From Verrucomicrobiia bacterium (lineage in GTDB: Bacteria; Verrucomicrobiota; Verrucomicrobiia; Limisphaerales; UBA1319), in assembly GCA_963664225.1 (NCBI GenBank), contig OY760937.1, forward strand, positions 5,376,001 to 5,440,000: DNA of 64,000 nt, in the 5' to 3' direction. The position numbers and the translations under genes are program-made. The first letter of the stretch is position 1, and each line of letters opens with the position of its first letter. Positions 9,559 through 19,591 of this stretch are shown one piece after another. The notes below the pieces were generated by a model. It made no database searches. It saw only the letters and a list, made by a program, of their open reading frames with translations, and had not been told where the DNA came from.

Positions 9559-10962
9559 TCATTCCAAGTACCAATAATGGATGGAGTAGGGCTCGAATTG
9601 AAGCTGTCGCTGAGGCTGGCTTGTTTTTAGGTCTTCAAAAGGTTCCGGACGCAACCGGGCATTTTCGTCTGCGCTCACGGACGTGACGTCCAATGTGACG
9701 TGGCGGATCTTGCGGTTTTCCTTGAGACCATCAAACTGGACGGTGACGTTCACTGGTTTGTCAGAGAAATTCCATAGCAACAAGTTTTCCATCAGGAGGC
9801 GGTCATCACGCGTGGCCAAGCCGTGAATCGCCGGATTTGATGAGGTCAGGGCAAGACGATCCCCCTCCAGCCTGGACAGTAATTTGAAGGTAAAATAGGA
9901 GGGTCTCACCTGGTTTTGATAATCAAACAGGCCATCGAATTGCGGCATGCGATTCCACCAGCGCGTCATGAACGCCGTGCCGCGGGGCGACATGAACGCT
10001 TTAAAAACGTCAAACGAAACATAATAATCGCGAATCTGGTAATAGCAGGAGTAGTCCAGACCGCCCTCTTTCATTTGAAAAATCGATTCAGCCACGTAAC
10101 ACGGCTGGAAACGCGGGTCCAGCGGTGGGTTAAAGAGATCCATGTTCCATTCGTCGAGAAACGTTTCGGGTTTAAGCGTTGGATACTTTTTGAGTAGATC
10201 TTTCACGTAAGTGATGGTGTCCCGGATGGAGTTCGGTGCGCTGCTGTAAATATGCCAGGAGACGAAATGCAGGGGAGTTGCGTTGGTCGAGCAGGAATCA
10301 AGCAGGGCCGGGAGAATGGGGGAGCGGGAATTGGCCAGGGCTGGTCCGCCGACGCGGGCGTTGGGATCGGCTCGCAGAATCGCCGCCACTGTATGCTGAT
10401 AATAGCGAACATAACTTTCTGGTTTGAAACGATAGGGACAACCGCCGTCTTCGCCGATGTCCGGTTCGTTGGCGACCTCCCAATATTGAATTCCGGCGCC
10501 GCGTTCCTGGTAATGTTTAACGAGGTTAAAGATGAGCTGTTCCCACTGCGCATAGTCATTGGGATCGACAATATCCTGATTGATGCCGGGGAACAGAGCG
10601 TGCGGCTTGAAGCAAATGCACATCAGTGGCTTTGCGCCAGCTTTGAGAATGGTGTCGATGGATCGATCGAGCAAATCGAACCGATAGCGTCCGCGCTCAG
10701 GCAACAGGTCGAAATATTCCTGGATGAAGAGACGGATTATTTTGGGTCTCAGCGCGCGGATTTCTGTGGTCCGGTTGTCCCACATGGGCTCGACGGAAAG
10801 CCCGCCCTGGCCAAGAGCCATTTGATCGATGTGCATGGGACCAAGTCGCTCATTAAATTCGACCTTCACTTCCGCCACAGGGGTCTGTGCCTTGACGGAA
10901 ACCGCCGTGACCACGCAGCCGAGAACAAGGAAACTCCCTAACTTTCGAAGTATTGTTTTCAT
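9559..10962 (-). CDS. GH39-like glycoside hydrolase (clan GH-A)
   Basis: WEVANEPD acid/base, RVGGPA, FVSWHIY, FLDEWN nucleophile; signal peptide from MKTILRK. Confidence 0.8.
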   Translation of the reverse strand: MKTILRKLGSFLVLGCVVTAVSVKAQTPVAEVKVEFNERLGPMHIDQMALGQGGLSVEPMWDNRTTEIRALRPKIIRLFIQEYFDLLPERGRYRFDLLDRSIDTILKAGAKPLMCICFKPHALFPGINQDIVDPNDYAQWEQLIFNLVKHYQERGAGIQYWEVANEPDIGEDGGCPYRFKPESYVRYYQHTVAAILRADPNARVGGPALANSRSPILPALLDSCSTNATPLHFVSWHIYSSAPNSIRDTITYVKDLLKKYPTLKPETFLDEWNMDLFNPPLDPRFQPCYVAESIFQMKEGGLDYSCYYQIRDYYVSFDVFKAFMSPRGTAFMTRWWNRMPQFDGLFDYQNQVRPSYFTFKLLSRLEGDRLALTSSNPAIHGLATRDDRLLMENLLLWNFSDKPVNVTVQFDGLKENRKIRHVTLDVTSVSADENARLRPEPFEDLKTSQPQRQLQFEPYSIHYWYLE

Positions 10963-10972
10963 TGTGAGGTTA

Positions 10973-13801
10973 TTATCGATAGGACGCCACGATTTCATAA
11001 CGGTTTTTCACCGGCGTGCTGATGCGCACCCATTCTTTCTTGGGATCAAAATCGGTCCAGCCAGCGCCGTTGATTCGGACGGCGCTTATCGCCTTGCCCT
11101 GGGGATGACGCATGCGCAGGTAAATGGATTTGGGTTTCCGATCGGCAGCGAGTTCCACCTGCGCTCGAATCTCCTGGGACGCCACGCGGCTTTGGATGCG
11201 CAGCGTAACCGGTCCGTAATAGGTCGGGGCGCGCTCGACCAGAATCTGTTTGCCGTCCTCCAACCAATGACGCGGAGTGGCCTGGCAGAGCCGGAGCGAG
11301 CCATCCTCTGCCTCGTGAATCAACAGATTGCGATAAAGCTCAAACCATGCGCCGTCGGTGCTGGGCGGCATGTAATACTGACCCCAGGCCCATCGATGCT
11401 CCAGCGGCGTCAGTTGGTGATGCGAGAAGGCGCAGGCCATCATGCTGTAAAAGGTGCGGATCGCCGCTTCGGGCTCGTCGCGATATAGATAGGCGGTTCC
11501 CTGCATATTATAGACTGGCTCATTGGCCATGCCCCATTGGTTTAGGAACAGGTTGTCCTCATGGTCGTGAAGCATGGCGGTGGCCAGCCATCCGCGTGGG
11601 TCAATTGCCCCCAGACGTGCCAGATGCAATGGCCCACAATCGATGTCCGTTGGATACCACAGGTCGAGCAGGCGTCGGGGCGTCATCGCGTCGCAAGGCA
11701 CATAATTGTTCCAGGTGCCGTCTGCGAGTTGGACCACGGGGGATTTTACGCTGGCGCAGGCGAAGGCATGCTCGACATCCACCCGCATTTTCTTTGCCGT
11801 GTTGATCACTGCTTCGGCACGCGGATCCCCATACGCTGCAAGGGCGCGACCGAACATGTCCAGTCCTGCGACGAAGTAAGCGTTTGGAAAGCCCCACGCG
11901 CGGGCCTCATGGGTCAGGTCGTTGAGCGGGGCCACAATGAGGCCAGGCGCTTCCTTGGAATTCTGTCCGCGCGCGACTTCGGCCAGGCACCAGTCGAGAG
12001 CCTTCAAAGAGGCAGGAAGCAACCGTTGAAAAGCCGCGCGGTCATTCGAGAGCAGGAAGTTTTGCCCGATGGAATAAAGCATCCCAGGCGAATAGACACC
12101 CCACTCCGCAAAGCCTCCAACGCGCCCATCGGGCTTTTGCTGGCTGCGGTACATGGCGGCGAGTTCCTGCTCAGCCGTGCTAAAATACCCGCGCAGTCCG
12201 TAGATCATGTAATCCACATAAACGGCCTGGTTGATGGGCCAGTCGGCGTTGAGCTGGCCATAGGCAAAGTTCGAGTAGGGCAGGTCCATGTGAGCAGTGC
12301 CATTCTCATCTATTCGGTGACGCGGCAACATTAGCGCGTGCCAGAGATTTGCCCGAAACAATGCGTTCACCTCCGGCTCCGGCACCTCGAACCGCGCGCC
12401 CTGGGCCAGCCAATCCTCCCAATATTTCGCAGTGGAGGCGCGGGTCTTGACGAAGTCGAGCGCAACCAGATCCGCCACGCTTTCGATAGAGACAACAGGT
12501 GAAGCAAGTTTGATGAGGAGTACGCGGGTTTCTCCCGCACCGAGTTGGCCCACGCAATCGAACTCGATGCGCGGATCCTTTTCATCCGCGATCGGTTTTC
12601 GCACTTTCAGGGTCAAACCGGCTTCGGGCTCCATCATCAACCAAACCATTCCAGATTCACGGTCAACCACACACCAGCGGCCGGAAAGTTCGCGCAGTTC
12701 CGGGTGTCTATTCGTGTCCTCCGTTGCCAGCCGGAGGCCCAGGTTGATTGGACCCGTTCCTGTAATCTGGACCCTGGTGAAGAAGACGCTGGCCAATTCA
12801 CCGGGCTTTGAAGGAGGTGTGTCGCGAAGTGGGGCGGCGAATTGTTCGACCTCGCAACGCAGTTCGTTGCGGTCGAGACGGGTGATGGTGATGGGCAGGC
12901 CGTTTTCAATGTGTTGCCCTGACCACTGGCATCCGGGCCAGAGCACATCGAAGCGGAACTTGTGTGGCGATGCGAAATCAGGCCGCACATTGGCCCAGCG
13001 GTCCACCCCGAATTTGTAGAGCGAGCCTTGTCGCGCAACGGTACCCGTGAGATGGCCTCTGGTGCCCAGCCACGATGTTTCCCATGGCTTGTTCCATTGA
13101 ATTGGATTGCCGAAATCCTCCCACTTGTTTGTCCACTCCGCGAGTGTTGCCTCAGGTTCGCGCTTTACGCGATCCAGCACCCGTTCACCGACCAGCGATG
13201 CGCGATGCATGGCGAAATCGACTGGCTCATTTGCCAGCGTCACGAACACATCGTGCTCTGGTAGCCACATGGCCTTGTGCCGCATGAGTTGATCAAGGCC
13301 TATCGAGAATCCGCGAGTGCCATCGGCCGCGGTAACCACCGTGAGGACTGGCGCATCGGGTTTGAGGCCGGGGTCGTCCTTGAGTCGCGCGATTTGTTCA
13401 GTCGTGCCGTTCTTTAGAAGGTAGGCCCAGATTTCATGCGGCTTGCGCAATGGCTGTCTGGGAATCTTCCAGGAGACCACCGCTGTCAAGGCATCCACGT
13501 CCCCGGCTCCTGCGCGGGTTTCGCAGACGTTTCCTTGAAGCGTGTCGCCCGATTCAAAGCGGTCTGAGCTGACGTGCGTGATCTCAATATTATTTGTGAC
13601 GAAGCTGATGCGAAAAGGCTTCGCAAACGCGGATTGATGGCCCCAGGAAAAACGCACCTTGAGGTGTTGGGCTGGCGGGTCCGAGACAAGTGCCGGTTTC
13701 GTCTCGGCGGAAGCAACGTCGGCAAAAGCACCCAGTAAAGCAACACAAACCAGGCCGATTAACACGATGTTGAACGGTTTTAAAATGCGGTTTGTATGCA
13801 T
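10973..13801 (-). CDS. Exported protein with a C-terminal (alpha/alpha)6 six-hairpin glycosidase-like domain
   Basis: 942 aa with signal peptide. YWEDWLAQGARFEVPEPEVNALFRANL linker, Trp/Tyr-rich helical region, C-terminal LRLCQATPRHWL...APTYYG beta-domain as seen in such hydrolases. Family uncertain. Confidence 0.55.
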   Translation of the reverse strand: MHTNRILKPFNIVLIGLVCVALLGAFADVASAETKPALVSDPPAQHLKVRFSWGHQSAFAKPFRISFVTNNIEITHVSSDRFESGDTLQGNVCETRAGAGDVDALTAVVSWKIPRQPLRKPHEIWAYLLKNGTTEQIARLKDDPGLKPDAPVLTVVTAADGTRGFSIGLDQLMRHKAMWLPEHDVFVTLANEPVDFAMHRASLVGERVLDRVKREPEATLAEWTNKWEDFGNPIQWNKPWETSWLGTRGHLTGTVARQGSLYKFGVDRWANVRPDFASPHKFRFDVLWPGCQWSGQHIENGLPITITRLDRNELRCEVEQFAAPLRDTPPSKPGELASVFFTRVQITGTGPINLGLRLATEDTNRHPELRELSGRWCVVDRESGMVWLMMEPEAGLTLKVRKPIADEKDPRIEFDCVGQLGAGETRVLLIKLASPVVSIESVADLVALDFVKTRASTAKYWEDWLAQGARFEVPEPEVNALFRANLWHALMLPRHRIDENGTAHMDLPYSNFAYGQLNADWPINQAVYVDYMIYGLRGYFSTAEQELAAMYRSQQKPDGRVGGFAEWGVYSPGMLYSIGQNFLLSNDRAAFQRLLPASLKALDWCLAEVARGQNSKEAPGLIVAPLNDLTHEARAWGFPNAYFVAGLDMFGRALAAYGDPRAEAVINTAKKMRVDVEHAFACASVKSPVVQLADGTWNNYVPCDAMTPRRLLDLWYPTDIDCGPLHLARLGAIDPRGWLATAMLHDHEDNLFLNQWGMANEPVYNMQGTAYLYRDEPEAAIRTFYSMMACAFSHHQLTPLEHRWAWGQYYMPPSTDGAWFELYRNLLIHEAEDGSLRLCQATPRHWLEDGKQILVERAPTYYGPVTLRIQSRVASQEIRAQVELAADRKPKSIYLRMRHPQGKAISAVRINGAGWTDFDPKKEWVRISTPVKNRYEIVASYR

Positions 13802-13807
13802 GCGGCA

Positions 13808-15049
13808 TCAGGATTGTGGCTCGGGTACAGGCACGCGCTCCCAGACAATGGCCTCGTCAAACAGGTCGCGTGACGAGAAGGTCCAGAGGACGATTTTCTT
13901 GTGGCGAAGGGCTTGAGGTTTCTGAACCAGTGTTTCGCGTGATCCTGTGGCCCCGCCACCATTTTGCGCAATCACCTGGACTCGGGTGTTCAACACTTTC
14001 ATCAGTTGCTCACCCAGGCCGGCTCCTTCGCCCCAGCCAAGTTCGGGGCGGCTGAAGACATTGCTGTAACTGTCTCCGAGCAGCAGGACCGGGGCGTCAT
14101 CGCCCCCTTTTACAAGCTGGCCGCCTTCAAAAACCTGGTCGATCACGACGCTTTCTTTGGGGAACGGATTACCCTTGGGCTCAGTTTCCAGCATGCGCAT
14201 CAGGTCGCCGTAATTGCTGGCGATTTCAGATCGGCTCGACAGTTTTAAGCCATCCACCGGCGACAACAACGGTTTCAAGTGCTTCGCCATGCTTTGCACG
14301 ACGATTCGCAAGCCTGCGGGGCTCCAATGGGTGTCTTGCTTGAGAAATAAAAGGGGACCGCTTGACCTGGCATGCCACAGGTCTTCCGTGACATCCAGAA
14401 CATCCACCCCGGCATCCCGCAACTGCTGCAAAAACACAGAATAATCACGGTTCCAGGCCGGACCGGCCGCAGCGGAGTATCCGGGCCAGACTTTTTCCGG
14501 ATAAATGACCGGCTTGACTGGAATGGGGGCCAGGACCAGCCGAATGCCGCGGGCGGAAAGCTGCCGCTGGTAATCCAGGATCACTCCAATCGCATCGGAG
14601 GATTTGCGCCTAACACCGCCTGTGTTGCTGATGCCCCGAGTGGGTCCAATCCGCCGCGACAGGAAGCCCGGTCCCGACGCAAGGTCCACCTCTTTACGAA
14701 AAAAGAGAAAACCGTCACGGCCGATCACTATTTTTTCCGTTCCCTGGCCAAACACGCGAATCAATAACGATTGATAAACCGTTCGCAATCGTCCGGCCAA
14801 AACCGATTCGCTGGCCAGATCTTCCGCAAAACGCTTGAGCGAGGCGGGGTTTGGAACCTCTTGAAACAGGCGCAGAAAACGCCATTGGTGCGTCGTGCTC
14901 AGCTCGTGAATCAATTGATGCATGGGTGGGATCAAGATCATCATCAGGAAGATTGCAGTGATCCATCGGCTTGTGCGACGGTCGATCCTCGCATCCTTCA
15001 TCAAAGGCGTCACAGTCGCGGAGTGTGGCTTGGATTCGCGGTCGGCCAT
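13808..15049 (-). CDS. AlgJ/AlgX-family SGNH-like O-acetyltransferase, membrane-anchored
   Basis: N-terminal TM helix; GRDGFLFF, PVKPVIYPE, QDTHWSPAG (DxH), LLGDSYSN (GDS). Confidence 0.85.
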   Translation of the reverse strand: MADRESKPHSATVTPLMKDARIDRRTSRWITAIFLMMILIPPMHQLIHELSTTHQWRFLRLFQEVPNPASLKRFAEDLASESVLAGRLRTVYQSLLIRVFGQGTEKIVIGRDGFLFFRKEVDLASGPGFLSRRIGPTRGISNTGGVRRKSSDAIGVILDYQRQLSARGIRLVLAPIPVKPVIYPEKVWPGYSAAAGPAWNRDYSVFLQQLRDAGVDVLDVTEDLWHARSSGPLLFLKQDTHWSPAGLRIVVQSMAKHLKPLLSPVDGLKLSSRSEIASNYGDLMRMLETEPKGNPFPKESVVIDQVFEGGQLVKGGDDAPVLLLGDSYSNVFSRPELGWGEGAGLGEQLMKVLNTRVQVIAQNGGGATGSRETLVQKPQALRHKKIVLWTFSSRDLFDEAIVWERVPVPEPQS

Positions 15050-15050
15050 A

Positions 15051-16580
15051 CTAGAACTGGAAATACAGGAATGGATTAAAGGTTTGCGTGCTTAACGCCA
15101 CCAGGGCCCATGCAAACACGCCCATGGCAGAAGCCGCGCGCCAGGGTGTCACGTTTTTGGATAAATCCCAAGTCTGCACGCCGAAAAATGCCAGGCCCGT
15201 TGCCACTACCATGGCGATCAAATGATCGGTGGAATACAATATTGCCCGTGGCAAAACCGCTGTCTCGGGCTGGGTGCCGCTTAAACTGAAAAGATTGGCC
15301 ATGTAATCCCAAGCACTGCCCAGATCTGGCGACCGGAAAAAGACCCACGCCACATTTACAATCAGAAAGGTCAGTAAAACCTGGAGCGCCCTGGGTGCTT
15401 TGGCGTAGAACGAGGTCTTTCCCAGCAGACGTTCCACCGTCAGCCACGCGCCATGAATTGCCCCCCAGGCGAGAAATGTCCAGGAGGCACCGTGCCAGAA
15501 GCCGCCCAATAACATCACGACGAGCAGATTGCCATAGGTGCGCAGTTCGCCGCCCCGGTTGCCACCCAGCGGAATATAGAGATAATCGCGCAACCACGTT
15601 GAAAGCGAAATGTGCCAGCGTCGCCAGAAGTCGGTGATGCTCGCAGCCTGGTAGGGAGAATCAAAATTCTTTGCAAACTCGAACCCGAACATCAAGCCCA
15701 GCCCGATTGCCATATCCGAGTAGCCTGAGAAATCGAAATAGATCTGGAAGGCGTAACCGAACAGCCCATACCAGGCATCCAGCCAATGCAGCGACCCCGC
15801 TTGAAAAGCCGTATCAGCGATCTCTCCCATCGGATTGGCGATCAGTACCTTTTTTGCGAATCCCAACGCGAAGAAGAACACGCCGCGGCTGAACTTCTCC
15901 CAGGTGTGTGTCCGTTCATGCAACTGCCGCTCCATGTCCTGGTAGCGGATGATCGGACCGGCGACCAAATGGGGGAATTGGGTGATGTAACAGGCAAAGG
16001 CGTTGAGTGCGCGCATTTCCTGCTTGAGACGCCCCCACCCGGTAACCGCGCCGGAACCGGCGGACGCAGTCATCTGCGCAATCCACGCGCCCGCCGGTTT
16101 GGCGCGGCCGTAGTAGATATCCACGTTGTAGCTGATGGACTCGAACGTATAGAAGGAAATGCCCGCGGGCAGGAGTATCACCAGAATGTTGAACTCGTTC
16201 CGCCCCAGCGCGGCGAGCAGGGCATTTACGTTTTGCTCGGCGAACATGAAATACTTGAAGAAGCACAGCATGCCCAGATTGCTAATTAATGAAATAACCA
16301 GGAACGTTTTGCGTTGGCGCTCTGAGGCGCGTGGCTCGCCATGGATTCCCACGGTTACCGATCCAACCCAGCGCCACTGGCCGTAAATGAGATTGCCGCA
16401 ACAGAAATCGACGATGGTGGACCACATGATCAGCAGGATGAACCACGGATTGGTCCAGCCGTAAAAGGCGTAGCTGACGACTGTGAGCACCGGCATGCGC
16501 AGGGCGCGCGGTGCCGCGTAATAAGTGAGCAGCGCGAATGGAAGAAAATAGAAAACGAAAATGTGGGAGCTGAAAACCAT
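15051..16580 (-). CDS. algI: MBOAT O-acyltransferase, AlgI/PatA type
   Basis: MVFSS..F, LPAGISFYTF, FPHLVAGPIIR, IYFDFSGYSDMAIG, FWRRWHISLSTWLRDYLYIPLGG, GFWHGA, terminal FLYFQF. Confidence 0.9.
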   Translation of the reverse strand: MVFSSHIFVFYFLPFALLTYYAAPRALRMPVLTVVSYAFYGWTNPWFILLIMWSTIVDFCCGNLIYGQWRWVGSVTVGIHGEPRASERQRKTFLVISLISNLGMLCFFKYFMFAEQNVNALLAALGRNEFNILVILLPAGISFYTFESISYNVDIYYGRAKPAGAWIAQMTASAGSGAVTGWGRLKQEMRALNAFACYITQFPHLVAGPIIRYQDMERQLHERTHTWEKFSRGVFFFALGFAKKVLIANPMGEIADTAFQAGSLHWLDAWYGLFGYAFQIYFDFSGYSDMAIGLGLMFGFEFAKNFDSPYQAASITDFWRRWHISLSTWLRDYLYIPLGGNRGGELRTYGNLLVVMLLGGFWHGASWTFLAWGAIHGAWLTVERLLGKTSFYAKAPRALQVLLTFLIVNVAWVFFRSPDLGSAWDYMANLFSLSGTQPETAVLPRAILYSTDHLIAMVVATGLAFFGVQTWDLSKNVTPWRAASAMGVFAWALVALSTQTFNPFLYFQF

Positions 16581-16583
16581 CGG

Positions 16584-17048
16584 CTACTCCCTCGCGCGTT
16601 CGCTCCAGATGGCCCAGTATCGCGTGCCCGATTCTTTGAAATGCTTATCGATGATTCCGCCCATGTAAATCTGATCCAGCGGCGCGTCCATGGCCATGCG
16701 GTGGACGTCGCCCACCTGGAATCGTTCCACGTTGCCGCCAATCCTGCCTGAGAATTTGTCCGTTGCCGATGCGCGTGATTTTAGGGGGTTGTAATGGCCG
16801 ACGTATATTTCCCGGCTTTCGATCTGACCCCGGTGGACCTTAATCACATCGTATTTCATCACATAGACATAGTCGTACAATTTGTTGGGCGGAAACTCGC
16901 CGATGATCTGGCTTAATCGCGCGGTCACTTCGTATTTGCCCAGCGTGGTGACTTCCTTTGACGGAGGGCTGACCGTTTTACCGCAAGCCGCAAGCCACAG
17001 GGGAATCATGGCCAGCACCATCAATAGAGTGAGAAGACGTTTCATCAT
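16584..17048 (-). CDS. Lipoprotein of unknown function
   Basis: Lipobox LAAC after a hydrophobic stretch; tightly packed within the operon. Confidence 0.75.
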   Translation of the reverse strand: MMKRLLTLLMVLAMIPLWLAACGKTVSPPSKEVTTLGKYEVTARLSQIIGEFPPNKLYDYVYVMKYDVIKVHRGQIESREIYVGHYNPLKSRASATDKFSGRIGGNVERFQVGDVHRMAMDAPLDQIYMGGIIDKHFKESGTRYWAIWSERARE

Positions 17049-18073
17049 GGTACTATTTCAGTGAGAGTCCAGTGCGGTTCCCAGCCGGAGGGCAGGGTGA
17101 GCACCGGGCCGTGGTGGGCGTCGGGATGTCTTTGGCGCAACTCGTCCTCGCCATTGCGAACCATTGGGGTGTCTGCGAGTCGCATTAAACCCATGGGCGA
17201 ACCGCTATGTTCCGGATCGCCATCCTCTTCCTTATTGCCCGTAAATAAAACATATTTGCCATCCGGAGAAACGCAGCCGCCATAGACGTGCCTTCCAGAT
17301 TCCGCATAGATCAAGTGACGCTGGCTGCCATCGGCGGATGCTCTCCACAATTCCGTCCAGCCATAACCCGCGTTGGCCCGCTGGCCTGGCGGGCGCCACG
17401 AATAAACAATCTGCTGCGAATCTGGAAACCAATCCGGCGTGCAGCAATCCACCGTGCAGGCCGCGTTGATCGCGCCGGTAGCCAGTGCCATCCGCGCCAC
17501 CGCCCAACCTGTATCGAAGGAGTTCGCCACGCCGGACAACCACTTGCCATCAGGCGACCAGGTGAGTTGTTGGAAAAAGCCTTTTCGGTCCAGGTGCTGG
17601 CTCACTTTTTTGGTATCCAGTTCAATGATGTCGATGCCTTTGGGGTTCAGGCAGGCAACGCTTTTTCCATCGGGCGACCAACTCGCCCACGGAAATTCAC
17701 CTGTCGCGCCGATTGCTTTGGGCTGGGAACCGTCGGCATGGGCAATCACAAGCTCCCCTTGCTGGCCGTGCCTATTATTATCGAATGTCTCGCCGCGCGG
17801 GGTCCGACGATACAACAACTGCCGGCCATCTGCGGAAAACCGTGGCAACACTTCGTTGAGATCCGGTGTTTGCGTAAGATTGCGCCTGGCCGAACCGTCA
17901 GGGCGCATGACGAACAAGTCCCAGTCGCCCTGCGCCGTTCTGGCGCCAAAGACAATCCAGCCATGGGTCGCCACTTCACCGGACAGCGCCTGCGTGCCCG
18001 GATCGTTCGTCTGCCCTTGAACCGGCAGGCAAAGACTCAGTAACAGCAACCCCAGGAATGTTGATTTCATCAT
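17045..18073 (-). CDS. TolB/PD40-like beta-propeller protein (paralog 2)
   Basis: Signal peptide; WSPDGK, WFPDS and VSPDGK repeats. Confidence 0.8.
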   Translation of the reverse strand: MMKSTFLGLLLLSLCLPVQGQTNDPGTQALSGEVATHGWIVFGARTAQGDWDLFVMRPDGSARRNLTQTPDLNEVLPRFSADGRQLLYRRTPRGETFDNNRHGQQGELVIAHADGSQPKAIGATGEFPWASWSPDGKSVACLNPKGIDIIELDTKKVSQHLDRKGFFQQLTWSPDGKWLSGVANSFDTGWAVARMALATGAINAACTVDCCTPDWFPDSQQIVYSWRPPGQRANAGYGWTELWRASADGSQRHLIYAESGRHVYGGCVSPDGKYVLFTGNKEEDGDPEHSGSPMGLMRLADTPMVRNGEDELRQRHPDAHHGPVLTLPSGWEPHWTLTEIVP

Positions 18074-18077
18074 AATC

Positions 18078-19136
18078 TTAACGAGATCTTTCTATCTCCA
18101 ACTTCGTCCAATGCGGCTCCCAACCCTTGCCCAGATCAAGGCGCGGACCTTCTTTTGCAGTTGGGAACTGCTGGTGCAATGTTGCGTTTGCGTCTCCCAC
18201 CATGGGTGTGTCACGCCTGCGGATGATGGACAGGGTTGTTTGAGCGCTATCGTTTTCCCCCAGGTCCTCGATGCTGCGAGTGAATATAAGGTATTGGCCA
18301 TCGGGAGAAGCACATGCGCCATAAATATTGCGCGAATCCTCGGCGTAAAGCATCTGTTTTTCCTGGCCATCCCCGTGGGCGATCCACATCTCGGCGTGCC
18401 CGCCTATTTCAGGAATGATGCCCCGCGCGTAAACCACCTCCTGAGAATTTGCAGCCCAATCCGGCGTGCAATTGTAGCGGTCGGTTTCGCTGACCACATT
18501 GATTTCGCCGCTCGCAACATTCAAACGGCCTATATTCCAAAAGGCTCCCAGCCCGTTTGCTGTTCCTAATATCCATCGGCCATCGGCGGACCAAACAAGC
18601 TGTTGGACGATCCCTTTGCGAGGCAACTGCCGCACCACTTTCCGGTCGGCGATGTTGACGATGTTAATTCCTTGCGGTGACAGACAGGCAATTTGTTTGG
18701 AATCAGGCCCCCAGGTGGCCCACAGATAATTGCTGCCATAAACCACGGCGTTTTGACCGTCAGCGTCAGCGATCACCAAATCCTGTTTGCCATAAGTGTT
18801 GTTGGCGACGGGCTCGGATTTGGGCATCCGATAATACAGAAGACGACGGCCGTCCGGCGAAATTCGCGCACCGCCTTCGTTGAAACCGGGTGTATCGGTG
18901 AGTTTGCGGCGCTCCGAGCCATTGGGACGCATGATAAAAAGATCCCAATCACCCCGTTCATTTCTGGCCGAATACACAATCCAACCGGCGTGTGCGACTT
19001 CCTTTGCCAGCGTTTCCACCGACAATCGGTCGTTGGCGCCCATCCGGGGCGAATTTTCAGAGGCAAAAACGCTTAATCCAAGCCAGACGGTGATGCTTGC
19101 CGCCCATCCCAACCATTGATGTCTGTTCACGCGCAT
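18078..19136 (-). CDS. TolB/PD40-like beta-propeller protein (paralog 1)
   Basis: Signal peptide; ISPDGR, WGPDSK and WSADGR repeats; collinear similarity to the adjacent gene. Confidence 0.8.
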   Translation of the reverse strand: MRVNRHQWLGWAASITVWLGLSVFASENSPRMGANDRLSVETLAKEVAHAGWIVYSARNERGDWDLFIMRPNGSERRKLTDTPGFNEGGARISPDGRRLLYYRMPKSEPVANNTYGKQDLVIADADGQNAVVYGSNYLWATWGPDSKQIACLSPQGINIVNIADRKVVRQLPRKGIVQQLVWSADGRWILGTANGLGAFWNIGRLNVASGEINVVSETDRYNCTPDWAANSQEVVYARGIIPEIGGHAEMWIAHGDGQEKQMLYAEDSRNIYGACASPDGQYLIFTRSIEDLGENDSAQTTLSIIRRRDTPMVGDANATLHQQFPTAKEGPRLDLGKGWEPHWTKLEIERSR

Positions 19137-19591
19137 AGATTGTTATTCATGCTTATGGCTTGTTCGCGTGAGTTGTAAGTGTTCGAAGCGCGAAAGTCGA
19201 TGAAAGTCGTCAACGAGCTGATCAATGTGTTCCAAGTCTGGGATCGGCCCCCGCGAGCCGTCAACGTGCTGATTGCGAGTCCGATCCAGTCGTTTAAAAT
19301 ATCCGCGACCAATTCCATCGATCATAGAGATGTAGACATATTTATAAATATTTAATTGGCATGCATTTACATAACAGACTGGCAAAGTGATCGCATGTAA
19401 TTAAATGAACCCCGGTTTAGTCGGGAGGTGCAATGAATTGGTGTCCAAACTTCTCCTCGGTGAGATATTTTGGATCAATTGTGCTGTCCATCCGGTGTCG
19501 GGCATCTGCCACTCCAACGCCCTTGCGAACAGGATGCGACGGACGGGGACGTGTTTGATTTTCGCCTCAAAGTGGGATACTGGCGTGTAAC

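Noticed and set aside
19143..19590. Short ORFs near the right att as an integrase remnant
   Set aside because: No R-H-R-H-Y tyrosine or serine recombinase motifs in the frames I read; BLASTx would be needed to exclude a highly decayed relic.
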